From: an uncultured Bacilli bacterium
GTDB lineage: Bacteria > Bacillota_I > Bacilli_A > RFN20 > CAG-288
Direction of reading: 5' to 3'
NCBI GenBank assembly: GCA_934725685.1
Contig: CAKVBX010000003.1
Span: 4,779 to 68,778 of the forward strand
Length of the DNA stretch: 64,000 nucleotides
The notes under the pieces: generated by a model
Databases searched by the model: none
Seen by the model: the letters and a program-made list of their open reading frames with translations, nothing else
Told to the model about the DNA's origin: nothing
Program-made: the position numbers and the translations under genes
Shown: in pieces, positions 26,550 through 35,420 of the stretch
How the letters are laid out: every line of letters begins with the position of its first letter
Numbering within the stretch: the stretch's first letter is position 1

Positions 26550-27540
26550 TCAGATAGTATTCGTATTTCTCACGGGCGAGAGGATATTCTTTGTAATCGA
26601 TTCCCCGGCTTTTGAAATATTCGACCTGTTTACGGACGAGATAGAGAAAGCCCTCGTCGAGATTCTCCATGCATCGTCTTCTTTTTTCTTCGGTTTCGAA
26701 TTCCCTGAGCGGTTCCACTTCATCGGAAGCATAGAGACACTTCATATACTCCGTCATGGAAGCTTTGCCCGTACAATGGAATTCGATCATGTCGATGACA
26801 TCCTTCGGCGCATGATAGCGAGTCTTAGCCAGATACGCTCCGATGAACTGATGGATGGCATAGCTTGGACATGGGGTATACTGCGGAAAGTACTCTTTTA
26901 CGATTGCCTCGGCTTTCCCGAGCGGAAAATCCTTGGCGATGTCGTGAAGGAGACCTGCGTGATAGCAGAGAATCGGGTCCAGGCCGTTTTTCTCTCCCAT
27001 CTGATAAGCAGTCTTTGCAACGGAGAGAGAGTGCCGGAAACGGTGTTCCGAGACGCTTCCTTTGATATCTCCGGTAAAATACCCACCCGCTTCAGAGAGG
27101 GCGTCCAGGACCGGCTTTTCCGTCCATAGATACTGTCCGGTTCTGATTTCTTTGGCCTGTCTTCTTCCGAGATACCGAAGTCTTGCGTGTACAAGATCCG
27201 TTGCGAGAATTCTTTCGGACAGAAGAAGAACATGGTCAGAGGCAGAATCCGTCCCATTGAGGAACGATATTTTCTCCCCTTCCTCGAGCACGAAGTAATC
27301 CTCTTCCCGGTTCTCAAGGAATCGTTCTCTTGCTTCTTGAAGGGACACAAAGACGGAATCCGGATAGAGGGAACGAATCATCGTTTCCCTCAGGGAAAGG
27401 GATGCGACACCATCCAAGAGAACAAAAGATACCCTTTCCTCTCCGTTGAGACAAGGAAAATAGGCAGATCGGTGCGCAAGGAAGTGAATGTCGCTTTCCG
27501 TGATGGGATCAAAGGGGGAGAGAAAGTAAAGTTTTCTCAT
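26536..27540 (-). CDS. Fusion of a degenerate NadD-like nucleotidyltransferase domain and a YqeK HD-domain hydrolase
   Basis: The C-terminal half has HRFRHSLSVAKTAY...LLHDIAKD (YqeK HD motif). The N-terminal ~150 aa occupy the nadD position, but LSPFDPITESDIHF replaces GGxFxPxHxGH. Confidence 0.75.
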   Translation of the reverse strand: MRKLYFLSPFDPITESDIHFLAHRSAYFPCLNGEERVSFVLLDGVASLSLRETMIRSLYPDSVFVSLQEARERFLENREEDYFVLEEGEKISFLNGTDSASDHVLLLSERILATDLVHARLRYLGRRQAKEIRTGQYLWTEKPVLDALSEAGGYFTGDIKGSVSEHRFRHSLSVAKTAYQMGEKNGLDPILCYHAGLLHDIAKDFPLGKAEAIVKEYFPQYTPCPSYAIHQFIGAYLAKTRYHAPKDVIDMIEFHCTGKASMTEYMKCLYASDEVEPLREFETEEKRRRCMENLDEGFLYLVRKQVEYFKSRGIDYKEYPLAREKYEYYLNDKE

Positions 27541-28697
27541 TCTTTTGTGAGGGCGTTACTCTCCAGGAGCACTTCGACCGACTTCGGGACATAGACATCG
27601 ATGGTCTGTCCTCTTCCCGGGAATTCGACAAACCCTAAGCCGTTGATGACGATGCGGTTGATGGTAGAATCGAAGGCGGTCAGGGTAACCTTCTTAAGGT
27701 CCTCACTCTTATGGATTTTCTCTGTTCTTGTCGAGAGATTCACATTCTCGGAAAGACTCATGAGCAGTTCGTCGGCCTTGCCAATCTTGCTTCTCTGAAG
27801 GGTCAGATCGTTGGACTTGTAAAAAGTGAAGGTCGTCTTGTCGCCCTTTACGAAATCGAGGCGGGCGAGATTGGAGAAAAGGAAAGACTGGCCTTCCTTG
27901 CTCGGATAGCTCTCCGGACGGACTAAGGAACGTGGGAGGACATATTTGATGATGGAAGGTTCCAAGAAGGAGACGATAGAATCGGAATTGTAGATGCCGG
28001 GAGTGTCGTAGAGATAGGAAGACTCATCGAGCGGAATGGAGATGACATCGAGGGTCGTTCCCGGATAGGGGGAGGTCGTGATCATCTTCTCAGTGGAATT
28101 GGAATAGGTGCTCAAAAGGCAGTTGATGAGGGAAGACTTTCCTACCTGATAGGCGCCCACGAAATAGACGCTCTTGCCGTTTCTGTTCTGGTCGATGGCT
28201 TTCATCAGACCGTCGATATTGCTGCTCTTGGAGCCGGAAGAGGTGATGATGACATCGATGGGCTCGACCCCTTCTTCTTTAAGGAGGGCAGTCGCCCGTT
28301 CCCTGAGATAGCTTTCGGAATAATTCTTATCGAGAAGGTCTCTCTTGTTGAGGATGACAAGGACACGGTTAGGAAGGTATTTGCCGATGCCTTTGAGCAT
28401 ACTACCATGCAGGGAGAACGCATTGAGCACATAGCAGACGAGCGCATTCTCCTCCTTGGCGGAAGAGAGGATGGTGACATAGTCGATGGTGAAGTCACCG
28501 TTCGCCTTGTACTTGGAATAATGGCGGAGTTTGTAGCAACGTTCGCAGAGGCTGTCCTCTTCGGATTCGAATTTTTCCTTAGGCAAATAGCCGGCCTCAT
28601 TGGGATCCTGATCCTGCAGGATGGCACCGCAACCATAACATCTTTTGACGCGGATTTCGGCGGTCACGCCACTGGTTTTTGATTTTCGGAAGAACAT
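27537..28697 (-). CDS. yqeH: Ribosome biogenesis GTPase YqeH (circularly permuted GTPase with an N-terminal zinc finger)
   Basis: CYGCGAILQ...CERCYKLRHY zinc finger; NKRDLL (G4) precedes GAYQVGKSS (G1). Confidence 0.9.
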   Translation of the reverse strand: MFFRKSKTSGVTAEIRVKRCYGCGAILQDQDPNEAGYLPKEKFESEEDSLCERCYKLRHYSKYKANGDFTIDYVTILSSAKEENALVCYVLNAFSLHGSMLKGIGKYLPNRVLVILNKRDLLDKNYSESYLRERATALLKEEGVEPIDVIITSSGSKSSNIDGLMKAIDQNRNGKSVYFVGAYQVGKSSLINCLLSTYSNSTEKMITTSPYPGTTLDVISIPLDESSYLYDTPGIYNSDSIVSFLEPSIIKYVLPRSLVRPESYPSKEGQSFLFSNLARLDFVKGDKTTFTFYKSNDLTLQRSKIGKADELLMSLSENVNLSTRTEKIHKSEDLKKVTLTAFDSTINRIVINGLGFVEFPGRGQTIDVYVPKSVEVLLESNALTKE

Positions 28698-28760
28698 GGA
28701 TGACTCCTTTCATTTGTTTTCATTTTATCATTTCCCTTTGAAGGAAAGGATGACAACCGT

Positions 28761-31367
28761 TTATTTCTTTCCCTTTTCGAAGAGATCAAAGAGAGAGAGC
28801 TGGGTTTCGGCGACATCGGGTTTGGCGCTGACCTTCTTGGTCTTCTGTACGGAAGGCTCTTCCACGATGGTGCTTTCATCGATAGAGGCGCCGAAGTCGT
28901 TGAAGCCGAGAACTAAGGATTTGCCGAGTTTGTCGAGGTTCTCACGGAGTTCGGAATTGGGAGCGTTGGGGGTGAGGGCATCGATATTGACGGCGAAGGA
29001 ACTATCGAGTGTCGTGACGCTGATTGGCTGCCGTTCCTCCTTGTTTCTGCTGATTTTCTGCAGAGTGACGATGGTCCAGGGATTCTTCTTGAGAATCTTG
29101 ATGAGGTTGGTCTTGTAGCCGAGACGCTCAGAGGTCTCGATTTCCTGGGACCGGATAAGCCTTGCACCGCGGCGGTCTCCTAAGAGAAGCAACAGGCAGT
29201 TCTCCTTGCTCGTCAGGGTGACGAGAGAGACAAGAGGCGCATTCTCGATACCGGAGGAGATGGCTTTGACGCCCATGGCGGCCGTAGAGACGACAGGGAC
29301 TTCTCCTTCGTTGAAACGGCTCACTCTTCCTAAGCTGTCGCAGACGATGCAGTCGCTGTTGCCGGAAGAAATGGCGACATCGACAAGGGCGTCGTCCTTT
29401 CCGGAAATCTTGCAGGCGCGTAAGGGCCTCTTGGTCAAGGTGGATTGTTCAAATTCCTCCAAGGGAGTGCGCTTGATTTTGTTCTCCCTAGTCAGCATGA
29501 GGACATAGAGTCCCTTCTTGAACGTGTCGATGCGGAAACACTTGACGATGCGTTCCTCCGCCTTCAGGGCGATGAGGTTGTTCAGATGCTTCCCTTCCTC
29601 TTTCCATTTGAGATCGGAGAGCATATGGACCGGAACATAGGCATAGTTTCCGGTATTGGTGAAGAGAAGTAAGGCGCAATGCGTATCGAGAAGTCCGTCA
29701 TAGACTAAGCGGTCACCCGGTTTCATCTTCGGAAGATTGTACGGATCGTTTTCGCTCACATTCTTCATGGAAGCCTGATAGGACTTGACGGAAGTGCGCT
29801 TGGCGTAGCCGTCGTTGGTGACGCAGACATAGACATCTTCCTTGGCGATGAGCTTGGTCTGATCGACCGCCTCGAAGGACTGCTTTTCCTCGAGAATCGT
29901 CGTCTTTCTCGGAGTGGAAAACTTCATTCTCACTTCCTTGAGAATCTCGATGATAGTCTTATCGAGCTTGTTCGGGTCATTGAGGGCGGTCTCAATGGGC
30001 GGGATGATGTTGTGAAGCAAGTCGTCTTCCTCGTTCTTGAGGGCGACGATATCGGTGTTGGAAAGGCGATACAAGGGCATCATGGCGATGGCTTCGGCCT
30101 GACGTTCGGTGAAGCCGAAATCGTTCTTGAGCATATTCTTCACACCTTCCTTGCCGGAACACTTGCGGATTTTGTCGATTACCTCATTGAGGATGGAGTA
30201 AGCCTTCATGTAACCGGAGACAATTTCCAGGCGGTCCTTTGCGGCCTTCAGGTCATATTGGAAGGCTTTGGTGGAGACATCACGCTGGTGGGCAATGAAG
30301 GCATCAATCAGATCGACTAGGGGCATCTTTCTGGGATGCCCATGGTCGATGGCGAGGAAGTTGCAGCCGATTGTCGTGCGGAGAGCACCCTTGGACTGGA
30401 GATACGTAAGAATGGCTCTCGGGTCGGCACCTTCCTTGATCTGAATGACGATGTTGACGTCATCCTTGGCGGATTCATCGATGATTTCGGTGATGTTGTC
30501 GAGGCGGTCGGTCTCCTTTCTCTTGATGAGGGAAGAGACGAGGTCGTTCTTGATGACACCGTACGGAATCTCGGTGATGACGATGGCATTTTCGCCTTCA
30601 TCGATATGGGTTCTGCAGTAGAGGTAGAACGTTCCGGAACCCGTCTCATAGAGGGAACGCAAGGCCTCCTTGTCATCGATCACACCGCCAGTCGGAAAAT
30701 CCGGACCGGGGACCTTTTCCATCAGTTCGGAAAGGGAAACTTTCTTATGGTTGATGCGGTAGATGACGGCATCAATGATTTCCGCCAGATTGTGCGGCGG
30801 AATATAGGTCGTGGAACCGACGGCGATACCGCTGGTACCATTGACTAGCAGGTTCGGGAAACGGGAAGGAAGTACGGTCGGTTCGAGGGCTTTGTCGTCG
30901 AAAGTCGGAACCATGCGGACGGTGTTTTTATCCAGATCCATGCACAGATATTCGCTGAGCTTGGAAAGCTTGGCTTCGGTGTAACGGTTTGCGGCTGGCG
31001 GATCGTCATCGAGGGAGCCGTTGTTTCCCTGGAAAGTGACGAGTGGGGCCTCCATTTTCCAAGGCTGGGAAAGGTGGACGAGAGCATCATAAATGGAAGC
31101 ATCGCCGTGCGGATGGAAATGGCCCATGACGTTACCGACGATGGTGGCGCATTTGACCGTCTCCTTGCTGTTGAGATAGCCTTTGTCGAACATGTCGTAG
31201 ATAATACGGCGTTGGACAGGCTTAAGACCGTCTCGCGCATCCGGAATGGCACGGTCGGTGATGACTTCCTTGGCGTAGCGGTTGAAGGCACCGATGAGGA
31301 CATCGGACATATCTGATTCAACGATGTTTTCCTGATATCTTAGAATCTCTTTTTTCTTACTTTTCAT
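28761..31367 (-). CDS. parC: DNA topoisomerase IV subunit A
   Basis: FHPHGDASIYDALV, GNNGSLDDDPPAANRYTEAKLS (ParC-type rather than GyrA-type). Lies downstream of parE. 868 aa with a C-terminal tail ending QLSLFDLFEKGKK. Confidence 0.9.
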   Translation of the reverse strand: MKSKKKEILRYQENIVESDMSDVLIGAFNRYAKEVITDRAIPDARDGLKPVQRRIIYDMFDKGYLNSKETVKCATIVGNVMGHFHPHGDASIYDALVHLSQPWKMEAPLVTFQGNNGSLDDDPPAANRYTEAKLSKLSEYLCMDLDKNTVRMVPTFDDKALEPTVLPSRFPNLLVNGTSGIAVGSTTYIPPHNLAEIIDAVIYRINHKKVSLSELMEKVPGPDFPTGGVIDDKEALRSLYETGSGTFYLYCRTHIDEGENAIVITEIPYGVIKNDLVSSLIKRKETDRLDNITEIIDESAKDDVNIVIQIKEGADPRAILTYLQSKGALRTTIGCNFLAIDHGHPRKMPLVDLIDAFIAHQRDVSTKAFQYDLKAAKDRLEIVSGYMKAYSILNEVIDKIRKCSGKEGVKNMLKNDFGFTERQAEAIAMMPLYRLSNTDIVALKNEEDDLLHNIIPPIETALNDPNKLDKTIIEILKEVRMKFSTPRKTTILEEKQSFEAVDQTKLIAKEDVYVCVTNDGYAKRTSVKSYQASMKNVSENDPYNLPKMKPGDRLVYDGLLDTHCALLLFTNTGNYAYVPVHMLSDLKWKEEGKHLNNLIALKAEERIVKCFRIDTFKKGLYVLMLTRENKIKRTPLEEFEQSTLTKRPLRACKISGKDDALVDVAISSGNSDCIVCDSLGRVSRFNEGEVPVVSTAAMGVKAISSGIENAPLVSLVTLTSKENCLLLLLGDRRGARLIRSQEIETSERLGYKTNLIKILKKNPWTIVTLQKISRNKEERQPISVTTLDSSFAVNIDALTPNAPNSELRENLDKLGKSLVLGFNDFGASIDESTIVEEPSVQKTKKVSAKPDVAETQLSLFDLFEKGKK

Positions 31368-33291
31368 TCTTTACCACCTCATTCGTGAAGGTATCGACCA
31401 CGGTGAAGTCGATATTGTTATTGATCCATTCCTTGCGGCGGTCGGCATCCTTGCCTAAGAACAGAGACACCTTGTCGGAAGTGTCGTCGTCGTCCTTCAG
31501 GCAGACCTTGAGGAGCTTTCTGTGCTCCGGGTTCATGGTCGTGGAAGAGAGCTGGGAATAATCCATTTCACCGAGTCCCTTGTAACGGTTGATCTTATAG
31601 CCGGCTCCGACGGTCTTCTTGGCCTCTTCAAGCTCGGTATCGTCATAGCAGTAGACCTGTTTCTTGCTGTTATAGACGCGATAGAGCGGCGGGCAGGCGA
31701 TGTAGAGGTTGCCGTTTGCAATCAGAGGTTTCATATGGTTGTAGAAGAAAGTGAGTAGCAGAGACTGAATATGGCTTCCGTCATCATCGGCATCAGTCAT
31801 GATGATGACCTTGCCATAATGGATATCGCGAATCTTGAATTCCTTGCCGTATCCGGCGCCGATGGTATAAATCATCGTGGAAATTTCCTTATTGCCGAGC
31901 AGTGCCTTGGCATCTTCGATTTCGGTCGTATTTTTCGGCTTTCCACGGAGTGGCAGAATGGCCTGATGTTTCGGATTTCTTCCCTTCTTTGCAGAACCGC
32001 CTGCGGAATCGCCTTCAACGATGAAGAGCTCATTGGCCATGTATTCCTTGGAGGAGCAGGGGGTGAGCTTGTTGGAAATCTCATAGTTGGCATTCTGGCC
32101 CTTGAGGAGTTCACGCTCCTTCTTCCTTTCGGCCTCGGCCTTGTCCCTGGCTCTCATTTCGTTCATGGTCTTCTTGACCACGGCTTCGGCCTCGGATTTA
32201 TTCTCGACAAGATAATAGGCAAGCTTATTCTCGATGACGCTGTCCGTCGCATTGAGGGCTTCCTTCGTTCCGAGTTTGCCCTTAGTCTGTCCTTCGAACT
32301 GAAGCAGATGCTCCGGGACCCAGACGGAGAGGATGGCAACCAGGCCTTCTCTCAGACAGTCACCATCGAGCGGGGCGTTGGATTTGAACATCTGATTGTT
32401 GATACCGAACTGGTTGTAGCAGCTGGTGATGGCTTTCTTGAGACCCGTGACATGATAACCGCCGTCTCCGGTGCGGACACCGTTGGCAAAAGCGATGATT
32501 TTTTCGTCATACGAATCCTTGAGGAAACCGAAGACGACTTCGACCTTGATGCCGGAATCCGTGCCTTCGAAATGCATCGGCTGAGTGAGTGGTGTCTTCT
32601 GGAAGATGTGGCGGTTATAGTATTCGACGAGGCCGTTCTCATAGTAGAACGTGTTCTCTCTGTCGTTTCTTTCATCCTTGAGATGGAAGACGACCCCCTT
32701 GGTGAGGCAGGCTTGATCGTCGAGATGGTTGGCGATGCGGTCATAGTTGAAGGTGATGTCCTCGAAGATGGTATCATCCGGATAGAAGCGGACGTCTGTG
32801 CCGCGCTTGTTCGTCTTTCCCTTTTCCAGGATGCCGGAGAATTTGCTACCGCCTTTTTCAAAGCGGGCAAAATGGTCGACACCGTCGCGGTAGGAGTGAA
32901 CTTCCATCCATTTGGAAAGGGCGTTGGTGACCGAGGCACCGACACCATGGAGACCGCCGGCGCTCTTGTAGTTGCTCTCATCGAACTTTCCGCCGCCATG
33001 GAGGGTCTGATAGACAATCTGGAAGCCGTTCATCTTTTCCTTGGCATTGTAATCATAAGGGACCCCTCTCCCCTGGTCTTCCACTTCCAAAGAACCATCG
33101 CTGTGGATGGTGACATAAATATTTTTTCCGTAGCCTTCATTGGCTTCGTCGACGGCATTGTCGACAATTTCCCAGACAAGGTGATGAAGGCCGAGTGTGG
33201 AGGTGGATCCGATATACATGCCTGGCCTTTCGCGGACAGGTTCCAGGCCATGGAGAATCGTTAAACTTTTCGCATCATAATTTGTACCCAT
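31357..33291 (-). CDS. parE: DNA topoisomerase IV subunit B
   Basis: 644 aa. LEPVRERPGMYIGST, GGLHGVGASV, EGDSAGGSAK, and a PLRGK motif in LPLRGKPKN. 11-nt overlap with parC. Confidence 0.9.
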   Translation of the reverse strand: MGTNYDAKSLTILHGLEPVRERPGMYIGSTSTLGLHHLVWEIVDNAVDEANEGYGKNIYVTIHSDGSLEVEDQGRGVPYDYNAKEKMNGFQIVYQTLHGGGKFDESNYKSAGGLHGVGASVTNALSKWMEVHSYRDGVDHFARFEKGGSKFSGILEKGKTNKRGTDVRFYPDDTIFEDITFNYDRIANHLDDQACLTKGVVFHLKDERNDRENTFYYENGLVEYYNRHIFQKTPLTQPMHFEGTDSGIKVEVVFGFLKDSYDEKIIAFANGVRTGDGGYHVTGLKKAITSCYNQFGINNQMFKSNAPLDGDCLREGLVAILSVWVPEHLLQFEGQTKGKLGTKEALNATDSVIENKLAYYLVENKSEAEAVVKKTMNEMRARDKAEAERKKERELLKGQNANYEISNKLTPCSSKEYMANELFIVEGDSAGGSAKKGRNPKHQAILPLRGKPKNTTEIEDAKALLGNKEISTMIYTIGAGYGKEFKIRDIHYGKVIIMTDADDDGSHIQSLLLTFFYNHMKPLIANGNLYIACPPLYRVYNSKKQVYCYDDTELEEAKKTVGAGYKINRYKGLGEMDYSQLSSTTMNPEHRKLLKVCLKDDDDTSDKVSLFLGKDADRRKEWINNNIDFTVVDTFTNEVVKNEK

Positions 33292-33329
33292 AAAATAAAA
33301 CCTCAGCTTATATTTTACTTATAAATGCT

Positions 33330-33357
33330 TTGAAAATAAAGCATTCCTAACTATAAT
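33330..33357 (+). promoter_or_regulatory. plsY promoter: TTGAAA, 16 nt, TATAAT
   Basis: TTGAAA at 33330-33335 and TATAAT at 33352-33357. The -35 box lies inside the inverted repeat AATGCTTT/AAAGCATT. Confidence 0.55.
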
Positions 33358-33381
33358 ACTTCCGTATTGAGAGAACCAAAT

Positions 33382-34101
33382 ATGCAATTGACCTATACTA
33401 TCCTGTTCTTTGTTTTTACGGGCCTTCTTTCCTACCTCATCGGCTCCATTCCGACCGCGAAAATCATCGCCTCCTCCCACGGGGTCGACATCACCAAGGA
33501 AGGCAGCAAAAATGCGGGCGGAACCAATGTCGGAAGAGTCATCGGGAAAAAGGCGGGAATTCTCACCATGTTCCTTGACGCAGCCAAATGCTATCTTCCC
33601 TGTCTCGTCGTCTTCCTACTCCTCACTTTCGCTCCCATGGACCTGATATCCTTCCCTTATCGGACAGAACTTGCCATTTCCATCTCCGGCCTTTCGGTCG
33701 CCTTAGGACATTCCTTCCCTATCTACAGCCACTTCAAGGGTGGGAAATGTGTCGCCTGTTTCGCAGGCTTCGTCTTCTTTACCTCCCCGTTGATTTTTGT
33801 TATCGGTGCCAGCACGTTCTTCCTTGTCTATCATCTGAAAAAACGGGTTTCCTTAGCTTCCCTCATCGGTGCTCCGACGACGCTCTTGCTCTATGTTGTT
33901 CCGATGGCACTCGACCTTGTCTATGGAGAGCAGCTCTATAACGGAGGCGTTTATTTCGCCCCTTATTGTCGTCTCCACCTCAGCTTTGTAACCACTATCA
34001 CAGTTTTTCTTTTCGTCTCTCTCATCGTCATAAGACACCGTACGAATATTCAGCGTCTCGAAAAAGGAACGGAGCCGGAGACACACTTCAAAAAAGACTG
34101 A
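33382..34101 (+). CDS. plsY: Glycerol-3-phosphate acyltransferase PlsY
   Basis: MQLTYTILFF...LIGSIPTAKII...GSKNAGGTNVGR is the canonical PlsY N-terminus. I prefer ATG 33382 over TTG 33367. Confidence 0.9.
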   Translation: MQLTYTILFFVFTGLLSYLIGSIPTAKIIASSHGVDITKEGSKNAGGTNVGRVIGKKAGILTMFLDAAKCYLPCLVVFLLLTFAPMDLISFPYRTELAISISGLSVALGHSFPIYSHFKGGKCVACFAGFVFFTSPLIFVIGASTFFLVYHLKKRVSLASLIGAPTTLLLYVVPMALDLVYGEQLYNGGVYFAPYCRLHLSFVTTITVFLFVSLIVIRHRTNIQRLEKGTEPETHFKKD

Positions 34102-34104
34102 ACT

Positions 34105-34136
34105 GAAAAAAGAACCGCCACCGAACGGTTCTTTTT
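34105..34136 (+). terminator. plsY terminator
   Basis: AGAACCG-CCACCGAA-CGGTTCT followed by TTTTT. Confidence 0.7.
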
Positions 34137-34154
34137 CTTTGCCATTTGGGCCCC

Positions 34155-34185
34155 AAAAAAATCTCCCTATGGCAGGAGATTTTTT
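34155..34185. terminator. Bidirectional terminator downstream of the yneF-like gene
   Basis: AAAAAAA-ATCTCC-CTATGGCA-GGAGAT-TTTTT. Confidence 0.65.
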
Positions 34186-34192
34186 CATTCGG

Positions 34193-34426
34193 TTATTTCT
34201 TCTTCGGATTCTTCTGTGCCTGAGTGACGGACTTCATGACAGCATTGACCTGCGCTTCCGAAGGGGTGCGGCCCATGCTGGAATACAATCTGCGGATCAT
34301 TTCCTTATTGATGGGAGGGTTATCTTTCATTTGTTTCTTGACAACTTTGCCGCAGATGAAGAAACCGAGGACACCGCCCACGAGGAAGGTGACAATCGGA
34401 ACGACGATTTGTGCCCAAAGTGGCAT
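34193..34426 (-). CDS. yneF: UPF0154 (YneF) family small membrane protein
   Basis: 77 aa with an N-terminal TM segment, then KKQMKDNPPINKEMIRRLYSSMGRTPSEAQVNAVM, typical of YneF. Confidence 0.8.
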   Translation of the reverse strand: MPLWAQIVVPIVTFLVGGVLGFFICGKVVKKQMKDNPPINKEMIRRLYSSMGRTPSEAQVNAVMKSVTQAQKNPKKK

Positions 34427-34483
34427 AGTAGGGTTCTCCTTTCAAACGAAAAAGCCGGAGAAAACTCCGGCATAATAAATCAA

Positions 34484-35053
34484 TTAGGCTCTGGAATCGT
34501 AGGCACCATCAGCGGTGGTAACGATAATTTTGGTGTTGCTCTTGACAAACATCGGAACACGGAGCTTGTATCCGGTCTCAAGAACAGCGTCCTTGGTAGC
34601 CTTGTTGACCGTATCGCCGGCAACAGCATTGTCGTCGGTTTCGGTGACAAGAAGGGTGACCTTGGCGGGAAGTTCGACGCCGAGGAGTTCCTTCTCATAG
34701 AAGGTGACGATAATCGGATTCTCGTAGGAGATGAAGTTCATTTCCCATTCAAGTCTTTCCTTGGGGATGGAAACTTCTTCGAAAGTTTCGGCATCCTGGA
34801 AGTGAACGAGGGAACCATCATCATATTCGAGGTTCATCGTTCTCTTGTCGAGATAAATCTGCTCGACTTTGATATCGCCGTTGTAGGATCTCTCCATGAT
34901 GGAACCGGTTCTGAGGTTCTTGGCCTTGATCTTGACAATCATGCCTCTCATGGCGGTCTTGTTGTGGTCGATGTTCAGGGAGGTGTAGATATCGTTGCCG
35001 TCCTTAAAGGACTTGCCCGGTCCACAATCTCCGATCATAATCATGTCAGCCAT
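34484..35053 (-). CDS. efp: Elongation factor P (unusual beta3-beta4 loop)
   Basis: 189 aa with a three-domain EF-P pattern, ending ...TTADGAYDSRA. The loop reads HNKTAMRG where B. subtilis has HVKPGKG. Confidence 0.85.
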   Translation of the reverse strand: MADMIMIGDCGPGKSFKDGNDIYTSLNIDHNKTAMRGMIVKIKAKNLRTGSIMERSYNGDIKVEQIYLDKRTMNLEYDDGSLVHFQDAETFEEVSIPKERLEWEMNFISYENPIIVTFYEKELLGVELPAKVTLLVTETDDNAVAGDTVNKATKDAVLETGYKLRVPMFVKSNTKIIVTTADGAYDSRA

Positions 35054-35079
35054 TTTTCTGTCCTCCTGTTACAAGCGGA

Positions 35080-35238
35080 TTATTTCTTCTCTTCGTGAAG
35101 AGTCTTCTTATTGCACCAAGGGCAATATTTCTGAGTAGAGAAACGATCCGGATGAGCCTTCTTGTTTTTCGTGGTGATGTAGTTCTCGTGTTTGCATTCT
35201 TTGCAACGGAGAATGATATTTGCACGCTTTTCTGCCAT
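35080..35238 (-). CDS. rpmG: 50S ribosomal protein L33
   Basis: 52 aa, MAEKRANIILRCKECKHENYITTKNKK...CPWCNKKTLHEEKK, with an AGGAGG SD. The track ORF to 35364 is a spurious extension. Confidence 0.92.
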   Translation of the reverse strand: MAEKRANIILRCKECKHENYITTKNKKAHPDRFSTQKYCPWCNKKTLHEEKK

Positions 35239-35269
35239 TTTGTAAGTCCTCCTAAAAGTAAGCCTTTCT

Positions 35270-35298
35270 ATTATAAAGACATATTTCAGTCTTTTCAA
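35270..35298 (-). promoter_or_regulatory. rpmG promoter: TTGAAA, 17 nt, TATAAT
   Basis: Minus strand TTGAAAagactgaaatatgtcttTATAAT. Confidence 0.6.
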
Positions 35299-35420
35299 GA
35301 AGGAATAAAGTATTTTTCGGACACTTTTGCTCTTTTGGCCACGTATTGTCGGACATTGAAGCAAATGATACCCAATTGTTTTTTCTTATTTTAAAAAAGT
35401 ACCGAAAGGAGAATTATGAA

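Noticed and set aside
31771-33264. 497-aa plus-strand ORF
   Set aside because: It is antisense to parE and has a biased D/E/G/I/V/F-rich composition with no motifs. The minus-strand product is an obvious type II topoisomerase B subunit.
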